From an uncultured Planctomycetales bacterium (lineage in GTDB: Bacteria > Omnitrophota > Gorgyraeia > Zapsychrales > CAYRXT01): DNA of 64,000 nt. Location: assembly GCA_964428315.1 (NCBI GenBank), contig CAYRXT010000005.1, forward strand, positions 12,592-76,591, in the 5' to 3' direction. The translations under genes and the position numbers were made by a program. Below the pieces are notes generated by a model. It worked only from the letters and a program-made list of their open reading frames with translations. It did not search any database and had not been told where the DNA came from. This document shows, one piece after another, positions 56,497 through 64,000 of the stretch (within the stretch, counting starts at the first letter, position 1; each line of letters opens with the position of its first letter).

Positions 56497-57315
56497 TTAT
56501 TCCTCCAAATGCACAATGCGGTCGACGCGGAATTCCCGTTCCTCACGCCGAAGATGACAGAACCCGACCAGTACGGTCCGGCGTCTTTCCCGGACGATCC
56601 TTATGGGCGATACGCGCCGCACCGTCCGCGACCCGTAATACGGAGAGAAATACGTCATGTTGACCGGTCTGTCTTCACGGATGGCGCGGTTCAATATGTC
56701 CATCGTCAACTTTTCTTTCTGCGCGGTGTGAGACGTATAGCCGAAATGCGCCGCGAGGTCCTGGATGTCGTTGATCTTTCTCTCCCCCGCCAGGCTCAGC
56801 AGGGGCGCAAAGATCTCATATGTCAACATGACATCGGACATCGCCCTGTGTGTCTGCTGTTGCACGGCCCCGAAAAAACGGGCGACCACCGCCAGGGAGT
56901 AACGCCCCAGTCCTGGGAGCAGGAGCCGGGCCATCTTCAGCGTATCGATCACGGGGGCCTCCAGATCAAGGCGGCCGCCCGTCAGCGACAGCTCGCTGTT
57001 CAAAAAGCCCACGTCGAACCGCGCGTTATGCGCCACCAGGCACGCCCCTCGGGCGAACGCCAGAAACCGCGGCAGGACTTCATCCGCCGCCGGGGCCCCG
57101 TCCACCATATCCTGGGATATGCCGTTGACGGCCATGGCGCCGGGAGAAATCAGCCGCCGTGGATTGACCAGGCTCTCAAATCGCCCGACGGGTTTCATCT
57201 TCTTCAGGCGCAGCCCCGCGATCTCGATGAGCCTGTCGCCCCATCTTGGCGATAGCCCGGTCGTCTCCACGTCAAAGATCACGAACTCGGTGTTATGGAT
57301 GGGATCCCCTTTCAT
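56497..57315 (-). CDS. DnaQ-like 3'-5' exonuclease (DEDDh) fused to a C-terminal WYL domain
   Basis: Exo I FVIFDVETTGL, Exo II LVAHNARFDVGFL, Exo III HRAMSDVMLT. C-terminal RRVSPIRIVRERRRTVLVGFCHLRREEREFRVDRIVHLE matches the WYL consensus (R-V-P...WYL-GYCHLR...R-FRLDRI). Confidence 0.75.
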   Translation of the reverse strand: MKGDPIHNTEFVIFDVETTGLSPRWGDRLIEIAGLRLKKMKPVGRFESLVNPRRLISPGAMAVNGISQDMVDGAPAADEVLPRFLAFARGACLVAHNARFDVGFLNSELSLTGGRLDLEAPVIDTLKMARLLLPGLGRYSLAVVARFFGAVQQQTHRAMSDVMLTYEIFAPLLSLAGERKINDIQDLAAHFGYTSHTAQKEKLTMDILNRAIREDRPVNMTYFSPYYGSRTVRRVSPIRIVRERRRTVLVGFCHLRREEREFRVDRIVHLEE

Positions 57316-58217
57316 GAGTCGACCCGGCTTACGGCATAAACGGGTTCCAGATGCGTGGGGCAAAACGACAGTTTGGCCCGGCTGACCGCGGGCATGGCAA
57401 AATCGTCCATGGCGTTAATGAAACAGAAATCCCTCAAAACCGGATCGTCACAGAATTCCCGGAAGATGAACGTCGCCGCCCCTTTAAGCGACGGATCGGC
57501 GATCTCGAAGAGCACGCAGAATGTCGTGCTGTTGAGGGGGAAACCGAAGGTGTAGGCCCTGATGTCGCCCCCGACGGAAACCGTCCGGCCCTCAAGCCCC
57601 AGTTCCCGGCAAGACGTCATGGCCAGTTCGTGCACGCGGCGATTTTCGTCCAGCATGGCCCGAAAAACCGGATCCGCGATGCGCTGACGCTTAACGTCCG
57701 CCCACCGGTCATAGAGCGCCAGGCATTCCTCCTTCCGGCCGCCGTCGAACACGGCGTACGCGATATCTTCCTGCCTGGCGAAAACATTATAGTCGCCGCG
57801 TCTTGACTTGAAGGCGTTGCCCCGGAGTCCGGCGACATCCCGCCTGTAATAAACGAATTCATATCCCCTTTTATAAATCCGGAACTCTCCCCCGTTGCAA
57901 CACGCCAGCATGCCGCGCGGGACGTTCTCAATGCGCCCCGCGGAAGAGAGCGGGGCCATCGCCTTTAACCGCATGAGGCCCGCCGCCAGGACGCGCGGAC
58001 TCACCTCACGGCCGAGGGGCGGGAGGTAAAGAAAGACGCCCCCGTCGCTCTCGGCCATAAGACATAAACATCCCTCAATCATCTCCAGCCCGTAAGAAAA
58101 GAAATCTTTCCAGAGAAAGATGTTCGCGAAAGAATAGCCCGAAAGCGGCCGTCCGGTTGCGTCGAGAAACTCTTCGATATCTTCTCTGGCCTCCCAGAGA
58201 TCCGCTTCCGCGATCAC
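57312..58217 (-). CDS. DUF2156 / LPG_synthase_C-like protein (GNAT-fold, aminoacyl-tRNA-dependent transferase-like)
   Basis: FANIFLWKDFFSYG and LMAESDGGVFLYLP resemble the C-terminal aa-PG synthase domain of MprF/LysX. GTG start with a 4-nt overlap with YkgJ; ATGA overlap with the exonuclease gene. Confidence 0.5.
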   Translation of the reverse strand: MIAEADLWEAREDIEEFLDATGRPLSGYSFANIFLWKDFFSYGLEMIEGCLCLMAESDGGVFLYLPPLGREVSPRVLAAGLMRLKAMAPLSSAGRIENVPRGMLACCNGGEFRIYKRGYEFVYYRRDVAGLRGNAFKSRRGDYNVFARQEDIAYAVFDGGRKEECLALYDRWADVKRQRIADPVFRAMLDENRRVHELAMTSCRELGLEGRTVSVGGDIRAYTFGFPLNSTTFCVLFEIADPSLKGAATFIFREFCDDPVLRDFCFINAMDDFAMPAVSRAKLSFCPTHLEPVYAVSRVDS

Positions 58218-58759
58218 GCTTCACCCGCAATCCGAATCCCTTCAATCTTGAAGAGATATTCCAGTTCGTCTTCATATGCGGCATAGTCCCCGGCCAGCGA
58301 CCTGTTATCTCTAAGATAGGCGAGGATGTCTTCACCGCAAAAATATTTCCGCAGATATTCGACGTGGCCCATGAATTTCGGAGACTGCCGGAAATCCCGG
58401 ACATAAGGACAGTGCCGGTGCACGGCGACCTCAAAATCACCTCCATGGCGCACCAGAAGAAAAGGATAGAAGCGGCATTCGAAAGGCCGCGTCCTGTAGA
58501 TCTGGCAGAGGTTATCCTCCGGCGAAAGAAAACCGCAGAGACAGCCTCCCCCGGCACAGCCGCGGGCGCGGACCCTCTCATCCGGTCCGGCCGCGGATGA
58601 TCCCTTGAACATCTCGCGGGCCAAAGGGTTCTGCTCGAGGATTCTCTTTTCCGACGGTGTCAACCGCGGGCGCCAGACAGAATCGGCCTCCTTGAAACGG
58701 CAGCACCCTTCGCATGAAAGGCAATACGCCTCTTCTACAAACTGTCTGAGTTCATCCAT
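58214..58759 (-). CDS. YkgJ-family Fe-S/zinc cysteine-cluster protein (second copy in window)
   Basis: CLSCEGCC (CxxCxxCC) plus CRFKE, CAGGGCLCG and HCPY Cys/His ligands. Start at MDELRQ ~58759; the track start is further upstream. Confidence 0.6.
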   Translation of the reverse strand: MDELRQFVEEAYCLSCEGCCRFKEADSVWRPRLTPSEKRILEQNPLAREMFKGSSAAGPDERVRARGCAGGGCLCGFLSPEDNLCQIYRTRPFECRFYPFLLVRHGGDFEVAVHRHCPYVRDFRQSPKFMGHVEYLRKYFCGEDILAYLRDNRSLAGDYAAYEDELEYLFKIEGIRIAGEA

Positions 58760-58760
58760 T

Positions 58761-59177
58761 TTATTGTCCGATATACTGGACGGCCATCCTGCGCCGGCGG
58801 GAACGGTTGTCGAAATCGACGAAGACGATCTGCTGCCACGTGCCCAGGACAAGATCTCCCCCGCTAACCGGAATGGTGATTGAAGGCCCGACCACGGATG
58901 AGCGCAGATGCGAATGTCCGTTGCCGTCATGCCATGTCTGGTCGTGATGGTAGCGCCCCGGAGGGATCAGCTTGTCGAAGAGTTCGGGGATATCCTTGAT
59001 GAGACCCGGTTCAAACTCGCAGGTCGTGACAGCCGCGGTGGACCCGATCGCGCTGACGGTCACGATCCCCTCCCGGATCTTCGCCTGCTGGACGATTTCC
59101 CGGACGTCGGCTGTCACGTCCCTGACATCACCGCGGCCTTTGGTGTCGAATTCGATATATTCTGTTTGACTCTTCAT
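58761..59177 (-). CDS. YjbQ-family protein (UPF0047), second copy
   Basis: 138 aa; IVTVSAIGSTAAVTTCEFEPGLIKD...LVLGTWQQIVFVDFDN. ~35% identical to the copy at 42529..42945. Confidence 0.75.
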   Translation of the reverse strand: MKSQTEYIEFDTKGRGDVRDVTADVREIVQQAKIREGIVTVSAIGSTAAVTTCEFEPGLIKDIPELFDKLIPPGRYHHDQTWHDGNGHSHLRSSVVGPSITIPVSGGDLVLGTWQQIVFVDFDNRSRRRRMAVQYIGQ

Positions 59178-59190
59178 GAGTATATGCCCC

Positions 59191-59511
59191 TCACCTGACC
59201 GGACTCCCCGTCTTGACGTCCGCGTCCGGCTGAAGGACGCGGATCCCCGTGTCGTCCTGGGCCGCCAGCAGCATGCCCTGGGACACCTCGCCTCGGATCG
59301 TGGCCTCTTCCAGATTATTGATAACGACGATCTTGCGTCCGGTCAGCTCTTCCTTCGTGTAATTCTGCCGGATGCCGGCCACCAGCTGTTTGTCTTCTTT
59401 TCCCGTATTGACCTTGAGGACATAGAGTTTATCCGCGTTGGGATGGTCCTTCACCTCCGTGATCTCGGCCACAACAAGTTCCATCTTTTTAAAATCGTCA
59501 AGAGTGACCAT
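59191..59511 (-). CDS. csaA: CsaA/Trbp111-like tRNA-binding protein (EMAP/Myf OB-fold domain)
   Basis: LDDFKKMELVVAEITEVKDHPNADKLYVLKVNTGKEDKQLVAGIRQNY...KIVVINNLEEATIRGEVSQGMLLAA is the tRNA-binding OB-fold of MetRS C-terminus/CsaA. AAAGGGG SD; the upstream part of the track ORF is read-through. Confidence 0.75.
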   Translation of the reverse strand: MVTLDDFKKMELVVAEITEVKDHPNADKLYVLKVNTGKEDKQLVAGIRQNYTKEELTGRKIVVINNLEEATIRGEVSQGMLLAAQDDTGIRVLQPDADVKTGSPVR

Positions 59512-59629
59512 GGGGGCCCCTTTCTTTGGCGCGTTGTTGTTCAGACCGTTTCTTCCAGAAACGTATTTTAACATAGCGCCGCCGCAAATGAAAACACTTC
59601 TCCAGTACGAAAATCCCCGCGGACAATCG

Positions 59630-59658
59630 TTGTCAAAGTTTCCGGCCTCGGATATAAT
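59630..59658 (+). promoter_or_regulatory. Near-consensus sigma70 promoter TTGTCA-N17-TATAAT
   Basis: The -10 box ends ~6 nt before the GTG start of gene 59665..61266. The same AT-rich 140-bp region also serves the divergent csaA operon. Coordinates +/-1. Confidence 0.5.
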
Positions 59659-59664
59659 GGGCCC

Positions 59665-61266
59665 GTGATCCGAAACAGGATAATCTTCCGCCCTGAACTG
59701 CGCGTTTGGTGCCTGGTGCTCCTGGCGGGCATTCTCATCCTCGGGCCATGGCTCTTTTTCCAGGGCGAACTCTCGCAGGGCGATCACGGGCGCGACCTGT
59801 ACGCCTTCGAGCGGACGCTCAATGGCGAAAGACCTTACCGGGATTACTGGTGGGTTTATGGCCCCCTCATGCCCTATGTCTTTGCTGGCTTCTTCGGCCT
59901 TTTCGGGATCCATGTCTCCAGTGTCCTGCTGGCGCAGTACCTCTTCACGCTTGCGGCCGGCCTGCTTTTCTACGCCTGCGCTTCACGGCTGACGCGGCGC
60001 CCGACGGCCGTCATCGCGACCTTATGGTTCTGGGTCACGCCGTCCTATTTTTTCCACACATACAACCACACGGCGGGGCTCGCCTTCCTATTTGCCGTAC
60101 TGCTGGCCGCGCTTCGCTTCCGGCAAAGCGGCGGCAGGGCGGATATCCTCTTAGGCTTCCTTGGCGTGTTCGGGCTGTGCCTGGTCAAACTCAACATCGG
60201 GCTCGGGGTCTTCCTTGCCTACGGTATCGCCTTGTCTCTTCTCCGGCCGAAGGGTGCTCCCTTTCCGGCCAAAACGTTTTTTTCTGCCGGACTTTTAACG
60301 CTCGCAGTGACGGCCGGGATTTACGCCTTTTTTTTAAAGGACCTGCCGCTCTACGCGGTCAGGCAATGCATGCCGTTCTTCCCCTCCGACCGGCCGTTCA
60401 ACACATCACTGGTCGAATCGATTCTTGGATACCTGAAGGTCTTTGTCCTAGGCGGAACCTTCGCCGATATCCCGCACCTGCTCTTCCGGTTCATCCTCAT
60501 GGCGGCCATCGTCCGTTTAGGCCTCCTGTTTCTTCGAAAACGGTCCCACCCCTCCACCAGCGGGGTCATTCGAACAAGCGCGGCCCTTCTCGTCTTCGCC
60601 CTGGTCAATATGCACGAATTCTTTGCCAGCGGGGTCTTTTACAGGACATACTGGGCGGGGGGATCTCTCACGCTCCTGGGGTTTTTTCTTATAGACCGGG
60701 CCATGGCCGGTGCTCCCCGCAGACTCATGGCCGCCGTCACCCTTATCCTTCTCTGTCTCATCGGATGGCAGGCCAAAGACGTCTTCCTTTTCACCGGGCG
60801 TTTTATAGGGAAGAGAGAGCATTCTTTCGGATTTCGGCGTGCCGGGATTTATGTCGGCAATTCTCCGCTGTGGATCCGCACGGTCGGCCGCACGGCGCAC
60901 TTCCTTGAGGAAAACCTGCGGCCGGGGGAAACCTTCTTCGCGCTTCCCTATGATCCCCTCTACTATTATCTCCTGAGCCGGAAAAGTCCGACCCGCCAGC
61001 TCATATTCTTCGAACACATCAATATCACGCCAAAGCAGGAACGCGAGATCATCCGAGAGCTCCGGAGAAAAGAGATCCGCTTCATCCTCCTTTCCAGTCT
61101 GGCGTTTTCCGACCAAAGGGGGAACGGCCTCTTCGGGAGAGACTACTGCCCGCTTCTGGCGCAGTACATACAAGACAATTTTATTCTGACAAAGCGATTC
61201 GGCGAATGGCGAAGACAGCCCCGTTGGGCCTGGCCTCACGGGACAATGATTCTGGAGAGAAAATAA
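59665..61266 (+). CDS. Polytopic membrane protein, GT-C-like (ArnT/PMT-type glycosyltransferase-like)
   Basis: ~12 predicted TM helices with an N-terminal acidic loop (ELSQGDHGRDLYAFE) and a C-terminal soluble region. GTG start directly after the -10 box (possibly leaderless or starting later). Confidence 0.5.
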   Translation: MIRNRIIFRPELRVWCLVLLAGILILGPWLFFQGELSQGDHGRDLYAFERTLNGERPYRDYWWVYGPLMPYVFAGFFGLFGIHVSSVLLAQYLFTLAAGLLFYACASRLTRRPTAVIATLWFWVTPSYFFHTYNHTAGLAFLFAVLLAALRFRQSGGRADILLGFLGVFGLCLVKLNIGLGVFLAYGIALSLLRPKGAPFPAKTFFSAGLLTLAVTAGIYAFFLKDLPLYAVRQCMPFFPSDRPFNTSLVESILGYLKVFVLGGTFADIPHLLFRFILMAAIVRLGLLFLRKRSHPSTSGVIRTSAALLVFALVNMHEFFASGVFYRTYWAGGSLTLLGFFLIDRAMAGAPRRLMAAVTLILLCLIGWQAKDVFLFTGRFIGKREHSFGFRRAGIYVGNSPLWIRTVGRTAHFLEENLRPGETFFALPYDPLYYYLLSRKSPTRQLIFFEHINITPKQEREIIRELRRKEIRFILLSSLAFSDQRGNGLFGRDYCPLLAQYIQDNFILTKRFGEWRRQPRWAWPHGTMILERK

Positions 61267-61287
61267 ACAGGGCCTGGCCTTATTAAT

Positions 61288-61704
61288 CTACAGACAGCCG
61301 CACGAGCCGTCATAGGAGGGATTATTGATGCACCGCCCGAGCGTGCCGTCCTCCTTGACGCAGGTGACCGTTCCCGGCATGGGCACACCGCCTTCAAAGA
61401 CCAGCGGCCGGGTCACCTGAACCCAGTCATACTCGTCTTCATCCAGCTTTGTGCAGATATAGAGGCCGGCGCGTTTTTCATCGCTGCCGTCGTCGTAATA
61501 CATCAACCCGACGTCTTTGACCGAGGCACAGAATTCCTCGGCGGAAAGACTGGCTCGCGGCGTCAGCCTTAACCGGTCGTAAACGCCAAAAGGTGACGGG
61601 TAATAGGTCGTCAGGGTCAACTTCTCCTGGCCGAAAGACGGACCGGCCGGGATAATGGCGATCAGCATCCCCAGGATGGCGCCGAAGACAAAAGTGTTTT
61701 TCAT
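61288..61704 (-). CDS. Small secreted Cys-rich protein (hypothetical)
   Basis: Signal peptide MKNTFVFGAILGMLIAIIPAGPSFG; mature ~110 aa with 6 Cys including C-terminal CINNPSYDGSCGCL. Confidence 0.5.
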   Translation of the reverse strand: MKNTFVFGAILGMLIAIIPAGPSFGQEKLTLTTYYPSPFGVYDRLRLTPRASLSAEEFCASVKDVGLMYYDDGSDEKRAGLYICTKLDEDEYDWVQVTRPLVFEGGVPMPGTVTCVKEDGTLGRCINNPSYDGSCGCL

Positions 61705-61955
61705 TCATCTCTCCTGTTTTTCAACCCGGTTCTCGCCGGGATCATTTATCTCCAACCGCTTATTTCTATCCGCTGGAAATCCGGCCGACTGCCTGACAGC
61801 CATCGGGGACCCAGAAACAAGAAACCCAAAATCCATTTTTGTCTCTTGTCGCCTGTCGCCGGTTACCCGGCCAAATGTTATCGTAGCTCCCCTAAAGATA
61901 TCTGTCAACGCGATTGTCCCCTTTTGTGGCCGCAGAAAGGCCGACTATGATACCC

Positions 61956-61984
61956 TTCGCAAACGGCCCCAAACACGTTATAAT
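61956..61984 (+). promoter_or_regulatory. Candidate promoter TTCGCA-N17-TATAAT for the MMPL/RND gene
   Basis: -10 TATAAT sits 20 nt upstream of a GGAGAA SD and the ATG at 62005; the -35 hexamer is weak. Confidence 0.35.
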
Positions 61985-62004
61985 TAGTATGGAGAAAACG
62001 CGTC

Positions 62005-64000
62005 ATGATCCAGCTGTCCACAAAAATTTCACGCAGTCCAGGTGAAAGGTTTTATTTTTCACCCGAGGCATGGGTTTTCCTGTGCCTCAGCGTCCTCACC
62101 CTCTTTGTCTTTCTGCGCTTTGTTGACCTGACGCCGCACGTGGGACGGGATTTCTTTTTTTCCACGGATGACCCTCTCCTCCAGGCCGAGAGCGAGCTTT
62201 CCCGTCAGTTTGACCGTAAAGACCAGCAACTAATCATCAATATCCGCGGAGACATTCTTTCCAAAGACTACCTTGATAAAGTCCGGCACCTCGGGACACT
62301 CCTGTCGACTTTGGAGGGGGTCAAAAGCGTTATCAGCCTGACAGACGGCCCGCGTTCGCCCCGTTACGCCCTCGAAAGCCCCTTCTGGAGAGGCGCCCTG
62401 ATCTCCCGGGATCAACAGTCCTCAAACATCGCCGTCTTCATCGATTACGCCATAGAGCGGGAGACAATCCGGCAGATCGAACTTCTCATCGAAGTCTTCC
62501 ACGAACAAGAATTTCACATCCGCATGTCGGGATTCCCCTACGTGACGGAACTGATCCGCCGTTATCTTCTCAATGATATGAAAACCTTCAGCCTCGCGGC
62601 GATGTTGATCTTCGGCGTCATCACAGTCCTGATTTTCCGGTCCGCGCGCATCCTTCTGGGCATGTTCATCTCCTGCGTGAACGCCGGCATGATCACCCTA
62701 ATGATGACCAGCCTGCTGGATATCAGGATCGGCATCCTCACGGCCAACCTGGCGACTATTGTCTTCGTCCTGACGCTTTCCCATATCATCTTTGTGACGT
62801 TCAACTGGCGCAAACTCAACCGTCCCGAACTCAGCGCGCGCCAGGCTGCCAGCGAGGCCGCGGCCATGACAGGCACCGCCTCCTTCTGGTGCATGCTGAC
62901 AACCTTCCTGGGATTCATCAGTCTTCTTTTTGTGCCGGCCAAGCCCCTGCGGGAACTGGGGATATCGGGCGCGGCCGGAACCGTCATCGCCTTTATCGTC
63001 GCCTACGGGGTCTATCCGGCCTTTCTTCGGTCCAAAGATGTGTCGCGTCTCCGTACCGGACGGCTCTTCACAGTATACCTGCCTTCGGTGTCCGGATGGC
63101 TCAACCGCCGCCGGGCGATCGTCATTGCCGTCATCGCGGGATTTGTCCTCATCAGCCTCCCGGCATTGAAAAGGCTCAGCACGGATCCCAGCCTTCTTTC
63201 CTATTTCTCCCAAGACTCGGAGATTTACAAAGGCCTTGAACGTATCGACAGGGAAGGCGGAAGCAGCCCGCTGGTGGTCGTGGTCAGGGACCGGCAGGGC
63301 AAGACATTCAATTCGAACCGCGCCTTTGAACAGTTATGGGACCTCCAGGAGGATCTGGAACGTCACCCGGAAACCGGCACCGTCGTTTCCCTGGCCACGC
63401 TCATGGCACAAGGCAAACGTACGCCCTTTTTCTTCCTGTTAGGCTGGAACCGGTTCTTCAACCGCGTGGAATCCCCGCAATTCGACGAGATCGGAAGGAG
63501 TTTTGTCACCCCCGACCACAAGGAGGCCCTTTATTTGATCCGGATGCATGAGGAGGGCCGGAGCCAGTCGCGCCTGAAGGTCATCGAAGAGATCCGAAAT
63601 ATTGTTCTCAGGAACGGGTTTGTCCCGACCATCGTGGCCGGGATCTACGCCCTGCAGGGACGGCTGGCCGACCTGGTGGCCTCCAGCCTGATTTTCGGCC
63701 TGCTGCGTCTTATCGGCATCTTCGCCTTGATCGGCCTCATCGTTTCATTTTCGCCGTGGACAGCCTTTGCGGTTACGCTCAGCATCGGCATCATCCCCTT
63801 ATGTATCTTAGGAGGATTCGGGATATGGGATATTCCTCTGGATATCATCTGCGCCCCCGCGGCCAATGTCGCCCTGGGCATGGGGATCGACGCGATGATC
63901 CACATGATCGCCGCCTATCGCCGGTTAAAAGAGAACGGCCTGACACGCGCGGACCGCTGGGACAAGGTCCGCTCGACGATGGCGGAACCCATCATGACGT
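62005..64000 (+). CDS. RND-superfamily / MMPL-type exporter (sterol-sensing-domain membrane protein), N-terminal ~665 aa (3' end off window)
   Basis: 12-TM pseudo-duplicated RND topology with two large periplasmic loops. Translation MIQLSTKISRSPGERFYFSPEAWVFLCLSVLTLFVF... stays open to the window edge; not in the track because it has no stop. Confidence 0.75.
   Translation, partial: MIQLSTKISRSPGERFYFSPEAWVFLCLSVLTLFVFLRFVDLTPHVGRDFFFSTDDPLLQAESELSRQFDRKDQQLIINIRGDILSKDYLDKVRHLGTLLSTLEGVKSVISLTDGPRSPRYALESPFWRGALISRDQQSSNIAVFIDYAIERETIRQIELLIEVFHEQEFHIRMSGFPYVTELIRRYLLNDMKTFSLAAMLIFGVITVLIFRSARILLGMFISCVNAGMITLMMTSLLDIRIGILTANLATIVFVLTLSHIIFVTFNWRKLNRPELSARQAASEAAAMTGTASFWCMLTTFLGFISLLFVPAKPLRELGISGAAGTVIAFIVAYGVYPAFLRSKDVSRLRTGRLFTVYLPSVSGWLNRRRAIVIAVIAGFVLISLPALKRLSTDPSLLSYFSQDSEIYKGLERIDREGGSSPLVVVVRDRQGKTFNSNRAFEQLWDLQEDLERHPETGTVVSLATLMAQGKRTPFFFLLGWNRFFNRVESPQFDEIGRSFVTPDHKEALYLIRMHEEGRSQSRLKVIEEIRNIVLRNGFVPTIVAGIYALQGRLADLVASSLIFGLLRLIGIFALIGLIVSFSPWTAFAVTLSIGIIPLCILGGFGIWDIPLDIICAPAANVALGMGIDAMIHMIAAYRRLKENGLTRADRWDKVRSTMAEPIMT

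Overview
This is a gene-dense chromosomal segment with high GC content, most likely from a diderm (Gram-negative-type) bacterium. The diderm call rests on Lol-type lipobox lipoproteins, an Omp85-type beta-barrel and an NRAMP transporter. Radical-SAM ThiH and KamA suggest an anaerobic lifestyle. About 60 protein-coding genes are called, mostly on the minus strand, and several intervals look accessory or novel.

Housekeeping genes include leuS (partial), thiS-thiG-thiH-thiF, cysK, mnmG, mnmE, folC, purH, rpsU, era, nth, pabB-pabC, an Lrp regulator and an aminotransferase.

Accessory and potentially novel content, in order of interest:
1. A five-gene c-di-GMP-linked cell-envelope operon at 43.0-51.1 kb: TPR protein, M48 protease, PilZ-TM-coiled-coil protein, an M1 aminopeptidase fused to an Omp85-like barrel, and a GT-C/TPR membrane protein.
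2. A beta-glucan/oligosaccharide utilisation locus at 13.4-24.5 kb: ROK regulator, lipoprotein, a protein built from a duplicated ~125-aa Trp-rich domain, a secreted clan GH-A hydrolase carrying the same domain, an ABC solute-binding protein with two permeases, and a GH94 phosphorylase.
3. A tightly overlapping operon at 54.2-59.5 kb: CsaA tRNA-binding protein, YjbQ, YkgJ, DUF2156, a DnaQ-exonuclease::WYL fusion, then pabB and pabC.
4. A KamA lysine 2,3-aminomutase coupled to a Ddl-like ATP-grasp ligase, preceded by a hairpin plus U7 leader that abuts the start codon.
5. A pore-less MgtE N-domain/CBS protein coupled to an NRAMP transporter.
6. Three PilZ-domain proteins (two in tandem), duplicated YkgJ and YjbQ families, and a short-T-loop P-II-like protein.

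No rRNA, tRNA, CRISPR array or mobile element was found. Many long plus-strand ORFs in the six-frame track are antisense shadows of minus-strand genes, as expected at this GC content. Family assignments are from reading motifs by eye and should be confirmed with HMM searches.
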